From assembly GCA_011109175.1 (NCBI GenBank), contig RDEW01000005.1:310001-374000 (forward strand): DNA of 64,000 nucleotides, given 5' to 3'. The position numbers and the translations under genes are program-made. The notes under the pieces are model-generated. The model did not search any database. It was not told the origin of the DNA and saw nothing but the letters and a program-made list of their open reading frames with translations. The stretch is from Dicyema japonicum (taxonomy: Eukaryota > Animalia > Dicyemida). Shown here one piece after another: positions 1 through 11,489 of the stretch. Position 1 is the stretch's first letter. Each line of letters begins with the position of its first letter.

Positions 1-480
1 CGGTCATTGAATTGTGTTCAGCCATTCATTCAGCCGGTCAATCGTATGTAGGCATTTTCGGTAGCTGTCAACATATTTTTTTCTTATGCAAGGATGATAT
101 CGCCGTAAAGAAAGTTGATTAATTCGAGTCGGGTGTGATCGATAAGATGAAATTAAACAGCGAGGGAGAGAAGAGGATCCCCGTGGTACTTCATTGGGAA
201 GGAATTTTGAAAAAGAACGACATGATCTCATTACCACTCTTCCTCTTCGTCTGCTTAGAAAATTGGCGGGCCATCCTTTAAATTTATAGTAGAGATATCG
301 GTTTGTACGAAGATGGAAACTCTTTTAGTATCCCAGTTTCAGGATAGGGTGGATGTTGTGGGAATTGTTTCAATTGATCGAGAGGTTATATATCTGACTG
401 AGTAAGAGCTATGATGGCATGGGGGACAATTTCTCCACAACAATTGTTGATGTTGAGTAAACATCTCTCTGAGTTTTAAT
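1..480 (-). mobile_element. Degenerate non-LTR (LINE) reverse transcriptase fragment
   Basis: Minus-strand translation gives eroded RT motifs ILKEFPSSYKPISLL and GILFSPSLFNFIL with stops and frameshifts. Confidence 0.4.
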
Positions 481-785
481 AACACTTTAAGGAGAGATCG
501 CGACAATATCTTGGCTTCAGGGGGCCTTCCGTAAATAATCGTGTCCTTTCAGAATAAGGATGGGTATGTGGGTCACTCTGGAACTCGTAAAACACGTTAG
601 TTAATTAGTTAGTTAAATCCACTTCCTCGTTACCCATAGGCATATGAATATTAAGGGTTCAACATGACGTCGTCTTCAGTATCCGTTCTACCAGTTTTCT
701 CATGCAACTTTCCTCCTCATATGTCTCCGCGGTTATTTTACAATTATAAAACAGGTAGAATAAACAAACTCTATTTTTCGAAAAA

Positions 786-1136
786 ATGTTTCTACTTTCT
801 GCCATGGCATGGGGGCGTCTACTCATTTTTACCTCTTCTGCCCTAGGACTTTCTCGGGATTGTAACGGAAAGGGGACTCTTGCTGTCACCACAAAGAACA
901 ACATCAATTCTTTTGTGGAAGGAATTCATTTTCCCACTATCATTTTTTTAACCAAATATAGGAGAATCAGAGTTCAAAAAAGGAAGGTGAGGTTCTCTAC
1001 CTTAAGAGAACTGTTCGAAGCTGGTATCTGTGATACCATCAAGGCACTTTCTTCTTCAAGAGGACCGCGCAAAATGACTATCGATACCTACAACATTCTG
1101 TCAGACAACCATCACCTCACAGTCAGGGCCCTGTAA
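786..1136 (+). mobile_element. Possible eroded APE endonuclease fragment of a LINE
   Basis: SRDCNGKGTLAVTTKNNI resembles the APE RxDR..GGGVAxxxK motif; ends near YNILSDNH (SDH-like). Confidence 0.25.
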
Positions 1137-1497
1137 CTCGTCCTTTCAAAGTGAGTTCTCTGACCCCATCAAGTGACGAGATACTTCTTTTAATATGGAA
1201 TTTTGCCCCATGATGTTCTTGATGGATTGAGACTGTCGTCTGAGAGACCTGATTCTCTGTCCATTACAGATCCATGACTTGGCCTTACAAACTCAATTAT
1301 CTTACTAACAGTTGTCTGTGGACTTTCCAAAATGCTCCAACACGGCCTGTTCTTTACTAATCTGTTGGCTGTGGATAAGAAAGGAGGCGGAGTGGGCCTC
1401 TAAGGGCTCATAAGCAAATCTTCAATGGAGCATAGACATAACAGCAAACCAAAATTAAGAAATTCTCAGAAAGCAAAAAATATAAAGCAAAGTAAAA

Positions 1498-2440
1498 TCA
1501 GTGAGAAAAAAAAGTGACAACTCCCCAATGATCGCTTGGAAACAGTTGCGTGGCCGGCACGACCTCCATCCAGTCAACCCAAAGTAAGTGGGCATGAAAA
1601 AATTACTCTTCAGGTAAATTCGATCCATTCTCTTCATAGAAACAAAACTGCATCCGAGATTATGGTTTCTTTTAGTATACCACGTGTACTCAACCTCTTT
1701 TCGTGATCCCATAGCCTCCCAGACATCCACAACTCTACATGGTAATCCTCCAATGTCCGCAAGCTTCAATAAAAGGACAAAAAACTTCTTTATCGTTCAA
1801 ATTCAGGTCTCCCCCCGAAATAACACAATCCCACTCCCTCAGGATGTCGAGTGAATCTTTCTCTTTAACTGAATCTTTCGTTCCTTAGAAAACTGCCGAC
1901 AGCATTCCAGGTGAGTGTTCATTATCATAAGTTGTTTCTAACAAGTCCTCGTCCCATTCGGCTTCCTTTGAAGTCCTCAAGCTTAAAATGATCGACTTTG
2001 AGTCTTTTTTTGCTTATAAAAGTCGAAACAAAAATATTCTGCGAGAGGCTGAGAGAAAAACGAGAAGTCTGCCCCAGAGATTCATTGAGCATGTTTAAAA
2101 TTGCCGGGACCACCTCTTGCAACATCACAATGTCGAATGAACCCATTTGAGGCCTTAGTTGGAGAATAACTTTTTAATTATCTCGCAAATGTACCGAGTT
2201 CCTCTTTCAAAGCTTTTGGATTCAATGCCTTGAATATTCCATGACAGAGAGTTATAGTAATTGGCTCTTCACAGTTGGTGGAGTTATAGTAATTGTCCAA
2301 AGCTTGCTGAAATATATGAAATCAAGATAACTTCGATATTCCAGTCGACATCCTGTAGAAAAAAACATAGTCACGGCCGAGTCAGTGGAAGTAATATTAC
2401 CAAAAAGTGAGCATAATTGGTCGTAATTGTTTGTGGACAT
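1498..2440 (-). CDS. TDP2: Tyrosyl-DNA phosphodiesterase 2 (UBA-like N-terminus + EEP domain), micro-introns, several 1-nt indels
   Basis: LCSLFGNITSTDSAV..MFFLQDVDWNIE|QALDNYY, SWNIQG, FDIVMLQEV, GDLNL, DVWEAMG..YTWYTKRN, MDRIYL, FPSDHWG; 25-nt GT-AG intron at 2307-2331; stop TGA at 1498-1500. Confidence 0.9.
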
Positions 2441-2648
2441 TTTAATTACTTGTTTTGCCTTAAATTAAAAAAATATACTAAATGACAACAATGCTTCACA
2501 AAACTAAGTATTTATGGGGCAAACATTTATTTATATTTTGAATTAATCATTAATTTTTAATAATATACATTTTATTGACTATTTTTTGAGACGGTGACGA
2601 CATCTTTATTGAACTATGTCTTATTCGTATTCCTTACCGACTTCTCAG

Positions 2649-3020
2649 TTCACTTTGGGATCTTTTAATTGCAGAGGACTTATACAACCTATACAAGAAA
2701 CACCAACTGGCATGCGATCTAACAAAATATGACTTCTCTGTCTGCTGTCTACAAGAGACAAACACGACCGTATAATGTACAGAACTGTTTGGCAAATTCC
2801 ACCCTTTTACCCCTCATCGGCCTGCCGACATTATGGTCTCGGATTTGCAGTCCAACAGGACCTGATTCACTGTGCTACAATAGTGTGGGCAGCATCTGAC
2901 ATTATAATGGAAATGGCGGACGACCTGGAATACCTGAGAGAACTAACGCGCAACAGAAGATCATGGTCGAAGCTGACGGAGAAGATGATTCGGAATACAG
3001 CACAAGGGAAACTTAACTAA
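2649..3020 (+). mobile_element. Internally deleted mini-RTE (APE N-terminus joined to the RTE 3' end)
   Basis: FTLGSFNCRGL..KKHQLACDLTKYDFSVCCLQET..HYGLGFAV matches the APE start of the RTE at 59.3-59.5 kb; then DDLEYLRELTRNRRSW matches its C-terminus (DDIDMLRNMATDRKRW, 56.65 kb). Confidence 0.65.
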
Positions 3021-3439
3021 TTTTATGTTTTCTTGGGAGTGCTTTTTAATAATAATTAATAATTTACTAATTTTCAGCTTATAGCTCACCTTGTACTACC
3101 AGTTTTTGAAACCGACGGTGGAGTATGCCTGTGCCTACTGGACTTACAGCATTTCAATCTCAAACTTGTATAAGATTAATTACCTAAGAACAAAAATTGT
3201 CGGCATAACCAATTTTTCTGCTTAATTATTCCTCCCATTACTCGACCACTTGGCAATCTGGAATAATGGTTCCGGCTTCATCACTCTCTGCGGCTCGGAG
3301 TCCGATTGCTTCTACCAACCAGCAATAGAAACCACCTGTACATGTAAATTGGGAAAAAGCCCTACTCTCTAAATTCTCATGAAAAAGGATCGTCGTGGAT
3401 TTAGAAAAGTTGTGGGTACTATGGAGGAACACAGCAAAA

Positions 3440-3572
3440 AGTTATCAATCCTATCGAGTTCTACCGGGATCACTTAATTAGTTGGTTTAACTACTTCTTT
3501 CTTGGTGTTTCTTTTTTATGGTTAGATAATAACATGGATCATCAACCCAGTGATCCTGGGGTAATAATAACA
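3440..3572 (+). mobile_element. 3' end of Vingi-like LINE (GIT* ORF end, 3' stem-loop, TAA tail)
   Basis: CCGGGATCACTTAATTAGTTGG...CCCAGTGATCCTGGGGTAATAATAA; the same end recurs at 11903, 37118, 55337 and 63372. Confidence 0.7.
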
Positions 3573-3599
3573 CAACGCACGAGTCTGGTGGCGGAAGTT

Positions 3600-4130
3600 T
3601 TGGAATCTATTTCTCAAATAAAAATGACCCCTTATATCTTCCAATCCAAGAAGATTGTCCTTCCTGATCTCTTCACCTAACTTGGTCGAAGTCCGGATGA
3701 TGCTCCCCGGAGATATAAATCCAAACCCCAAGCCATCAAAGTCCCCTGTCCTTTTACAACTAAACATAAACGGAATAAGAGGGAAAGTCCTTGAGCTCAG
3801 GGACCTTCTGAAAAAAACAGGACACGGACATTTTCTTACTTCAAGAAACAAAACTGTCTTCCTCCACACCCACCTCAGCCTTCCCAGGCTACAAAATTAT
3901 TCGACGTGATTTCCGTTCTGGCCACGGTGGTGGAGTCATTACACTTATAAAGAAGGAAATCTCTTCACGGAAAAAGTACATTTCCGCCTCCCGTTGAATA
4001 CATTAAAATTTCTATTTCAACAAAAAACCCCCTCCCAGTTCATGTCTCAAAAAATCAGTTTCCCACTGCCAGACGTCGACTATGTCAACAACCTGATGTT
4101 ATGTGGACCTAAGCGCTAAGAATCTTCATG
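3600..4130 (+). mobile_element. 5' part of Vingi-like LINE: 2A-like motif followed by APE start
   Basis: MMLPGDINPNPKP-SKSPVLLQLNINGIRGKVLELRDLL, then RRDFRSGHGGGVITLIK. Confidence 0.7.
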
Positions 4131-4378
4131 AGATTCAAAAAGCAGCCGGAAGACCCCAGAGGAATCCATTTACTATCAAAGCTGAATTATCCTGTGATAT
4201 TAAACAACCTATTCAACACAAGGACTCCTTACAGAGCAAACGACAAGACAAGACGTCCCTCCCCCGACTTGACGGTTAAAAAACTACAGATTAAATCTAG
4301 GAAACCAGGGTGGGGATTCGAGCCTTGGGGACCCAGAAATTAAATAAATCAATAAAATTATTTAAAAGTTATGTTAAC

Positions 4379-5464
4379 ATGGATTACGCAATCAATTTGA
4401 TTACTTTATATATTTCTTTGCGTAAAAAATCAGAGTTAATGGATCTTAATGAGTACATAAAAGTCTTCAAAACTTTGGTAGCACCACAGAAATACAATTT
4501 CACGGAAGATCTATGGACGTTGATTTATGAGGTGAACCAATACATTGACGGAATAACAAATCTATATAATGCCATGCCATTTCACTGTGTGATATAAATT
4601 CTCAATGCGTCTTGACAACAAAGTCTTGACTTATTTTATATTTCCCAGATACGAGGACTCCTTAAACGTGATTTCATGTAGGCTCTTCCGTTGGAATCAC
4701 TTAACGAGGAAGTCACAAATGAAATCCCATGAAAATTGCAAATACAATATGGACAATAATGATGAATACATCTGTGTGAATCCAAACCATTACTATCTCA
4801 ATGACAAAAGTAGTAACTCTGAGTTCCTTTTTAGAAATTGAATCAATGGTATGGGGTCTGCTAAGTATTTACCACAGAGGGTGTATAATTGTGAACAGTC
4901 ATAGAATATATGAGAATGTCTTTTCGATAAACAATAGCAACCTCCGTTTGCTAGAAAAATTCCCCAAGCATATGACTAATGTGTTACAAAGTATGTTTGG
5001 TGATTTGGGAATTCAACTTTCTTGTACGTCACCACATGTTAACATCACAAATAACACCAACAGTAACATCTTTGTTGTCTGTGATGAAAACAACAATTCA
5101 CATAAATTGATTGGAACTGTTAATCATGGTATTAGAAATTTATATTTTAGGACAAAGTCGTCAGATTTTAGATCTGGCCCAGTTCACAGCCAACTTAATC
5201 ATTAGCATGGAAAATGAAGAATATGATAAAATCAACGATTATAAGAATGAGTGCTACGTTTACTTTTCTATTGGCGATTTTGTGCAAACAAATAACTTGT
5301 TTTTATCGTGACTAATTTGTAGGAAGGAATCAACCTCGAAGTGCGACTTTTGGGGGAGGCTTCTTCTGACTAAGCCATTCCAATTAGTCACAAATATATT
5401 GATGCGAATAAATGAAATGGTGGATGAAGTTTGTCTTAGCGATAGTTCTTCTTCAAGCACATAA
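4379..5464 (+). CDS. SMAD: Divergent SMAD (MH1 + MH2, almost no linker, Ser-rich C-terminus)
   Basis: MH1: HCVI..LDNK..VISCRLFRW..HENCKY..ICVNPNHY. MH2: VWGLLSIY..GIQL..SNIFV..GQSRQILDLAQF..CYVYFSIG..FWGRLLLTKPFQLV. Introns at 4813-4834, 5129-5150 and 5299-5322; ends DSSSSST*; one 1-nt indel near 4595. Confidence 0.85.
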
Positions 5465-5799
5465 ACTATATTTTTGCTTTCCGTATTATTTTGAGAATTT
5501 ATTTTTGTGATCTTATTTTCCATATAACGTATTAGACACGTGTTATTCAGATGCCTAGAATTTTCACTGTTTCCCTTATGACCGTTCTTGGTCAAATTAA
5601 TGGTGGGCTGTCTTCTGGGACTCACAATCAAAAAATAAAAGGACAAGTCGAAAACAGTTTCAATGCTTTGAATTACTTAGTGTGACTGTTCTTACTCAAC
5701 TTGAACGAATGTTCCCAACTTTTGTTTCCTAGTTGCTTTGGTTGAGGTTGTGACGTGCCTCTTTTAGGTATGCCTCAAACATGCTCTCATTCTATTCGA

Positions 5800-5950
5800 T
5801 CAGGGCCTTTTGCTATCGCTTCATTTAATGTCAGATGACTATCAGCGAGTTCGAAACGGAAGATCTAGATTTTTACGGAGTCGATGTAGGCTGTCTTCAA
5901 GAGACTAAAGTTGCTGGAGGACACGATGAAATTCATGCTCATCATCGAAA
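5800..5950 (+). mobile_element. RTE 5' (APE N-terminal) fragment
   Basis: FAIASFNVR..DVGCLQETKV. Confidence 0.55.
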
Positions 5951-6343
5951 TTCTAATATAATTATCACAAAGAATGTCTAAACGATTCATTCAAACCACA
6001 ATTACTTATGCAACCCCTTGTTTGTCAATGTCTGCTTCCCTCAATTCTATCGACAAACTGTAAAAAATCCTAGTTCCCGCTATCAACTGAACCATCCAAT
6101 GTCTGTGGTATGCCATGTCCCCACAACCGTGTGAAAAAGCCAAGGTCTCCATTTCCGTTAACATGTTCAAAATACACATAATTTATATAAAATGAATTAT
6201 AAAAAATCATCTGATTTTAGACAACAGGTGTGAATATGAGAACTCAACTTAATAACAGTGTCAATGGTAGCGCAGTGTAGTAAGAGTTACTGAACGAGGT
6301 TAAGAAAAATAACACCAATCAAATTTCAAAGCAGGCAAAAAAG

Positions 6344-6416
6344 TACCCAGACTGGGATTCGAACCCAGGACCTTTCGCGTGTTAGGCGAACGTGATAACC
6401 ACTACACCATACGAGC
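6344..6416 (-). tRNA. tRNA-Val(AAC)
   Basis: Reverse complement GCTCGTA TG GTGTAGTGGTTATCACG TTCGC CT AAC AC GCGAA AGGTC CTGGG TTCGAAT CCCAG TCTGGGT A followed by a T6 terminator; D, anticodon and T arms canonical, acceptor stem weak. Confidence 0.85.
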
Positions 6417-6474
6417 CTCATTATCGTTTTGTGTTCGAATCTCACAGATGTACATTTAGGCAGAAAGTTCCACC

Positions 6475-6800
6475 TTAACGCAGAAGCAGTTCTGAAGCGC
6501 TTATTTCAGAGGTCTGTGCTCCAGTATCTTGTTCACTTCGAGGGTTCGTATAACCCACGTAAACAAAGTCATGTATATATTGAAAATTGATTAAAATTTT
6601 AACTAAAATATTTTTTAGGGAGACTTTTTGGACAAATATAGGTTTGGACCATTTCATCACGGTCCACTTTAAAATAATCCAATGGCCTCTTGTGCTATCC
6701 TAAGAATTCTTAGGTATCCAACCGAGGATGAATCTCTTTGATCCCTTCAGTATGTCCTATTTTTCTACACAAAACGTCAACTTAGTTCCTATATGAGAAA
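6475..6800 (-). CDS. Possible exons of an unidentified host gene
   Basis: Three closely spaced 22-25-nt GT..AG segments like the introns of the real genes; product not recognised and frame uncertain. Confidence 0.2.
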
Positions 6801-6829
6801 ATCATGCTCTTAAAGATTTTTTTGATTAC

Positions 6830-7060
6830 CATCAATTGAATGTATGCACAGGAACCGCGGATTCTATGAGGGAATGTGGTTCCGCGTTTTGCTGCGTTTC
6901 TATGAAGAACTTGGAAACTCATTGCCCACGCAGTGGAGCGCCGATCAGTCACAAGAAGGAAGTCCCGATCGAGGTCCTTTGTATTCATTTGTGGAGGCTC
7001 TACCATTTTACTGATGAGACAATGGAAGACCATGCAAGATCACTCTGGGATTGTTGAAAG
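6830..7060 (+). mobile_element. RTE post-RT fragment
   Basis: TADSMRECGSAF..HCPRSGAPISHKK resembles the eroded RTE C-terminal region. Confidence 0.3.
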
Positions 7061-8157
7061 CTAGGATCGCTTAATTAGTTTTTGTAGCATATTCTTGGTG
7101 ATCTTTGAGTTATCTAGTGAATAAATGGTCATTCTAAGGTGTTGTCGATACCTTTCCTAGGTTCTCCGACCCGAGCCGGGATAGCACTACCGATAATGGT
7201 TTTTCAGATTTATTTTAATTAAACCCCTGTTACAAAGATAAAAAGTTGATAGTCAAACTAATCGAATGTATTCAGCTCGTGTTATCCCAGAAACACACTT
7301 TCCAGTAGGTAATTTTGAGGCTAGGATGTCGACAGTGTGATTTGGTTCTCTCATTGAATATTTGGTCAAAGGTTTTTTCTAACTTTCAATGTTCCTTATA
7401 TTGGAGTAGTGTCTGAATACACCAGTGTCAAGATAACAAGAAAAATGATAACGCTCTTCAATTTCATTTGAAGGTAATTTCAATCCTAAGAAGGACAGAA
7501 GTTGTCTTCCGTGTTATGAGTTGAACCCCTTCTTCTCAAACTTTGAAATAGACGGGAATTGTCTTCACAAGGCGTCGTACAGTCTGAGACGACGACAAAG
7601 GTTATATAAAGAAGCGTAATCACATTTAATTTATAAACGCTTTGATTCTGCTCATATCATCAGCCCTGGCATCACTGATGAATGCCTCATTCGTCGATCC
7701 TTAAAGGATTGTTGATGCACGGAACCTGGCAAGATTCAAACCAGAAAACTATACACGTTGTATGGATGACACAACCGTCACGACTCAAATCTGTTTTTTT
7801 AGCACGTGCGCATTACCATTACCAGTAAACATTTATTTATGGTTTCGCTTGTGCAGAGAACACACTTTATTTTAAGTAAAGAACAGTTATCATAGCTAAT
7901 CGATGAAGGATAACCAAGGAATGGTATTCACTTTTTTGTTTTCTTTTTCTTGGGTGTATGTCATTTATATACGATCCGTGGAAACTTCAACCGAATGTAC
8001 AGTATCGGGATTCAATACTAGCGACATTCAGGCGTCTAGACCGGCAACCATCAGACTGTGCCACTTGTCCAAATCTGTTTGATTTATATTAAAATTAATA
8101 ATTTACATTAAAAATTTAATTTTAAAATAAAATTAATTAAAATTAAATCAAAAATAA

Positions 8158-8718
8158 ATGACGTCTAATTTGGATTCCTTCTTGACTTGGTGTGGGCACT
8201 GTCCCTTTATTATAGGGTTTGTGCTCTTAGTGAGTGCGTACAAGAAAAACAGAAATTCAGTAACAACCCGGTTTATTTTAAAGGCCATTTTTCTGTTCGG
8301 ACTAGTCATCAACGAGATAATTAGCCTCACCCTGAAAGCTTTGATCAACGACCCTCGTCCTTCGAAATATGGAGTTTATCTCTTTCCCCAGAGAGAGGTA
8401 CTATCCGGAATGCCCTCAAGTCACTCGATGTTTATTTGGTTCTTTCTGAGTTTCCAGTACAATGAGATATATTATCGGTAATCGATCTTTTAATGGCTTA
8501 GATTCAAAAAATCGAGATTTAGGGCTTCCTTAAACTTATTGGCGCTGCTAAATTTATCTTTTGCAGTTTCCTACAGCAGACTTCACTTTCAGTACCATAG
8601 TTTGTCTCAGGTGGCAGTTGGAGCGGCTCTGGGAACTATATTCGGTATTTTTTGGCAGATCTACCATCAGAAATTAATTGATTTTTTAGTTGCCACGAGA
8701 CAATATTTTAAAATTTGA
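8158..8718 (+). CDS. DOLPP1: Dolichyldiphosphatase 1 (PAP2 family)
   Basis: LKALINDPRP, GMPSSHSMFIWFF, VSYSRLHFQYHSLSQVAVGAALG; 24-nt intron 8478-8501 containing an in-frame TAA; probable in-frame 24-nt intron near 8260. Confidence 0.9.
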
Positions 8719-9149
8719 CTAATATTTTAATAATTTGAAAATGATTTTAATATTTATAAAGAAAAAACAAAGAATTATAACTTAATGCTTCTTTGTAAAC
8801 TATTAATAATTTAGAGAGGCTGGTTGGTGTCATTTCTGATGTTTCTTCTATTCCTCCTCTCTCCTTTTCTACTAGAGTTGGGTTATGTTATCCGTTAGCA
8901 CCAGGATGGCGCGAAAAAGTATCATTCGAACCCAGATGATGTGGCCGACTTAAAAAAAGGATCTCACTTTTTTCTACTTTACAGGAAGGGTTAGCGGATA
9001 TGGATAGATATAAGCCTGTTTATATGGAATCTACGTGCAATTTTGCTGATTCATCAACAAATTGGGATTATTGAAGTTTTTGCATTAAAGTTCGGATTAA
9101 TGGGGGTTTACTGTATTAGACTTCAATCATACTTAATTTTTGATCAAAC

Positions 9150-9450
9150 CACCATAACATAACTCTAACAATACAAATCTTTGGCAGTCGCTCTACTCAT
9201 TTTAAAGGAATGTACTAACGACTGATCCCCATCCATTTCTCCATACCGTAGTCAGACATCCGTCTTCCAGGATCTAATGGTGCATCCGCATAGCTGACTC
9301 AGCCACTTTTTCAAGTTGGTTCTAAGCAGATGTGAAATCCTCATCGGCAACCTTAACCTTGTGCTTGTGGTCAACCACATACTTTCTAAAATTTTTTTGA
9401 AAATGAATGATTGGATGTATGTTCTCGTAGCTTCTTCAATGCACTTCAAT
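9150..9450 (-). mobile_element. Possible Harbinger-type transposase remnant
   Basis: VHSFKMSRATAKDL resembles the HARBI1-type FRMSRxTF motif; short and degraded. Confidence 0.2.
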
Positions 9451-9689
9451 TATAGTTATTTCGTTTTTGATCATTTGTAACGAAAATATGAAGTTAGTTG
9501 AATTGTACCTCTGTTGGAGCAATTTTCATCATATCAACTCGTATCTCAACATTGTGTGTCGATAATATTAAATGAACGAAGTGCCCCTTCAACTATTTCA
9601 TTTCTTAACATCTTGCATGGTCCCCGCCGACAATATTTGATTATAATGTTGAAAATAAGGATAAACTTTATTAATGGTGGATGGTGATC

Positions 9690-9750
9690 AAGATTCGCTC
9701 AAATAGCCAACAGAGTTCACGGAGATCTTCATTTTGTGTTGAAATATGAT
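9690..9750 (-). mobile_element. CRE 3'-terminal stub
   Basis: Reverse complement encodes EDLRELCWLFERI; homologous to 20505-20590 and 50545-50630. Confidence 0.55.
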
Positions 9751-10059
9751 TCTCTAGACGAGTCAAGAATTCCAGCGTGGCGGGCGCAAGGGAATCAGAC
9801 GTTTCAAAAGCGAGTGGAACAAGCAAACCTCAGTAGAACCGCATACTTTGTCCGTTTTGATATCTCGCCTTCTCAGCGGCAGAACAGGCTCCAGAAGAAC
9901 ACTAAATGAATTGAGCCATGATCACAATTATGTGGTTGAATGACCTTGAATTTATCATATCGTCTTGAATCATTAACGTGGATAAAGAAATAAAGTCAAT
10001 GATTATAAAAATGAGTGCTACGTTAGAAAATTAATTTATATAATAGATTTCCGATTCTA

Positions 10060-11330
10060 AATACCATGTGACTGCCAATAGACCTAATTAACGATTCCAG
10101 GCAGACCTAGATGTTAAGCAATTTGATGGCTATAAGTGGATTTTTACTGTCATTGATGTTTACAGCAAATATGCTATTTGTAAAGAACTTAAAAGTAAAT
10201 CTGCAATAGGTATATTTTTAATTTATTGGAATTTAGAAATTTGTGAAGCATTCGAAGAAATTTGTTTTGAAATCGGCTTTGTGAGATTCTGCAAACAGAT
10301 AATGGAACAGTTTAAAAACAAATATCTAGACTCTTTCTGCATGAAAAATAAAATCATGCATATTTATGGAAGACCAAATCATTCTCAATCACAAGTAATG
10401 AAATAATATTTTAATTGTTTCAGGGCATCATAGAAAGATTTAACCAAACTTTGACAAGAAATCTTGCAAAGTTAATGGATGAAGAATCAACTAAAAATTG
10501 GAAAAAATTATTAAACGAAGCACCTTTATATACAACACCCACGATCCATTCCTGCAGAAATGAAACTCCATTTATAAAACTGAAGAGGAGTTTCAGGAAT
10601 AAACACAGTCATTCCTGAGTATAAAAGTTTAATTTTCTTAATTTCATAGAAAATGAGAGTTCGGATGATGTTTTTCCACGAACATCAGAAGATTTTGACG
10701 TGGAACATATTTCAAATGTTTCAGGTATTTATCGTATAAAGTCTGCTAGAAAACTTAGAACATTTTGATCTTAATTTTTCTCCAGCAAATCTAAATTCAT
10801 CCTATTTTAAGCGGATGAACAAAAGAATGAAAGTATGATTTTTCTATTGGAAATGAGGTATTTTAGTGAATATATTTAGATACGAGTTTTAAAAGGATTA
10901 TGGGACAAATCCATCGCTAAAGTTGAGCAGATTTGAATATCCTCATAAAGAGCCAAGTAAAATTACTCAAATTTGATCAAACAACCGAATAGAGGTTTAT
11001 TTAATTTTTATCCAGCAAATCTAAATTCATCCTATTTTAAGCGGATGAACAAAAGAATGAACATTCAGTAATCAAAGTATGATTTTTCTATTGGAAATGA
11101 GGTATTTTTAGTGAATATATTTAGATACGAGTTTTAAAGGATTATGGGACAAATCCATCGCTAAAGTTGAGCAGATTTGAATATCCTCATAAAGAGCCAA
11201 GTAAAATTACTCAAATTTGGTCAAACAACTGAATAGAGGTTTATTTAATTTTTATCACACATTAAGGCAGGATCAGGAAATTGAAAATAGTCAACGTGAG
11301 TCAAGTCAAAAAAATCTAGACTTAAAAAAA
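10060..11330 (+). mobile_element. Ginger2/GIN-type rve integrase (transposase) with spliceosomal micro-introns
   Basis: RFQADL..YKWIFTVIDVYSKYA..LKSKSA|..LQTDNG..HIYGRPNHSQSQ|GIIERFNQTLTRNL; introns 10210-10236 (27 nt) and 10395-10423 (29 nt); no RT or LTR seen. Confidence 0.75.
10781..11255 (+). repeat. ~230-bp tandem duplication in the Ginger C-terminal region
   Basis: Units begin TCCAGCAAATCTAAATTCATCC at 10781 and 11011 and are near-identical. Confidence 0.85.
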
Positions 11331-11489
11331 TGCATTCTTTGATTTTTGATTAGAAACCAATTAGTGTTAATTTGATGTGACATGTCGTAAATTCTTTGAT
11401 TTTTGATAAGAAATGACATGTGATTGACAGGTAAAATGTAACCAGCAGTGGATGGGTTACCCGTGCGGGACGCGACATATCATTATATA

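Noticed and set aside
4590-4600. In-frame TAA in SMAD suggesting stop-codon reassignment
   Set aside because: The downstream MH1 sequence is in a different frame, so this is an indel. TAA, TAG and TGA all terminate other genes in this window
5260-5646. 128-aa minus-strand ORF overlapping the SMAD 3' end
   Set aside because: No recognisable domain; largely the antisense shadow of SMAD plus AT-rich sequence, though an unidentified exon cannot be excluded
7670-7700. CTGATGA core suggesting a hammerhead ribozyme
   Set aside because: It sits inside a single hairpin (GGCAT..ATGCC) with no GAAA or three-way junction
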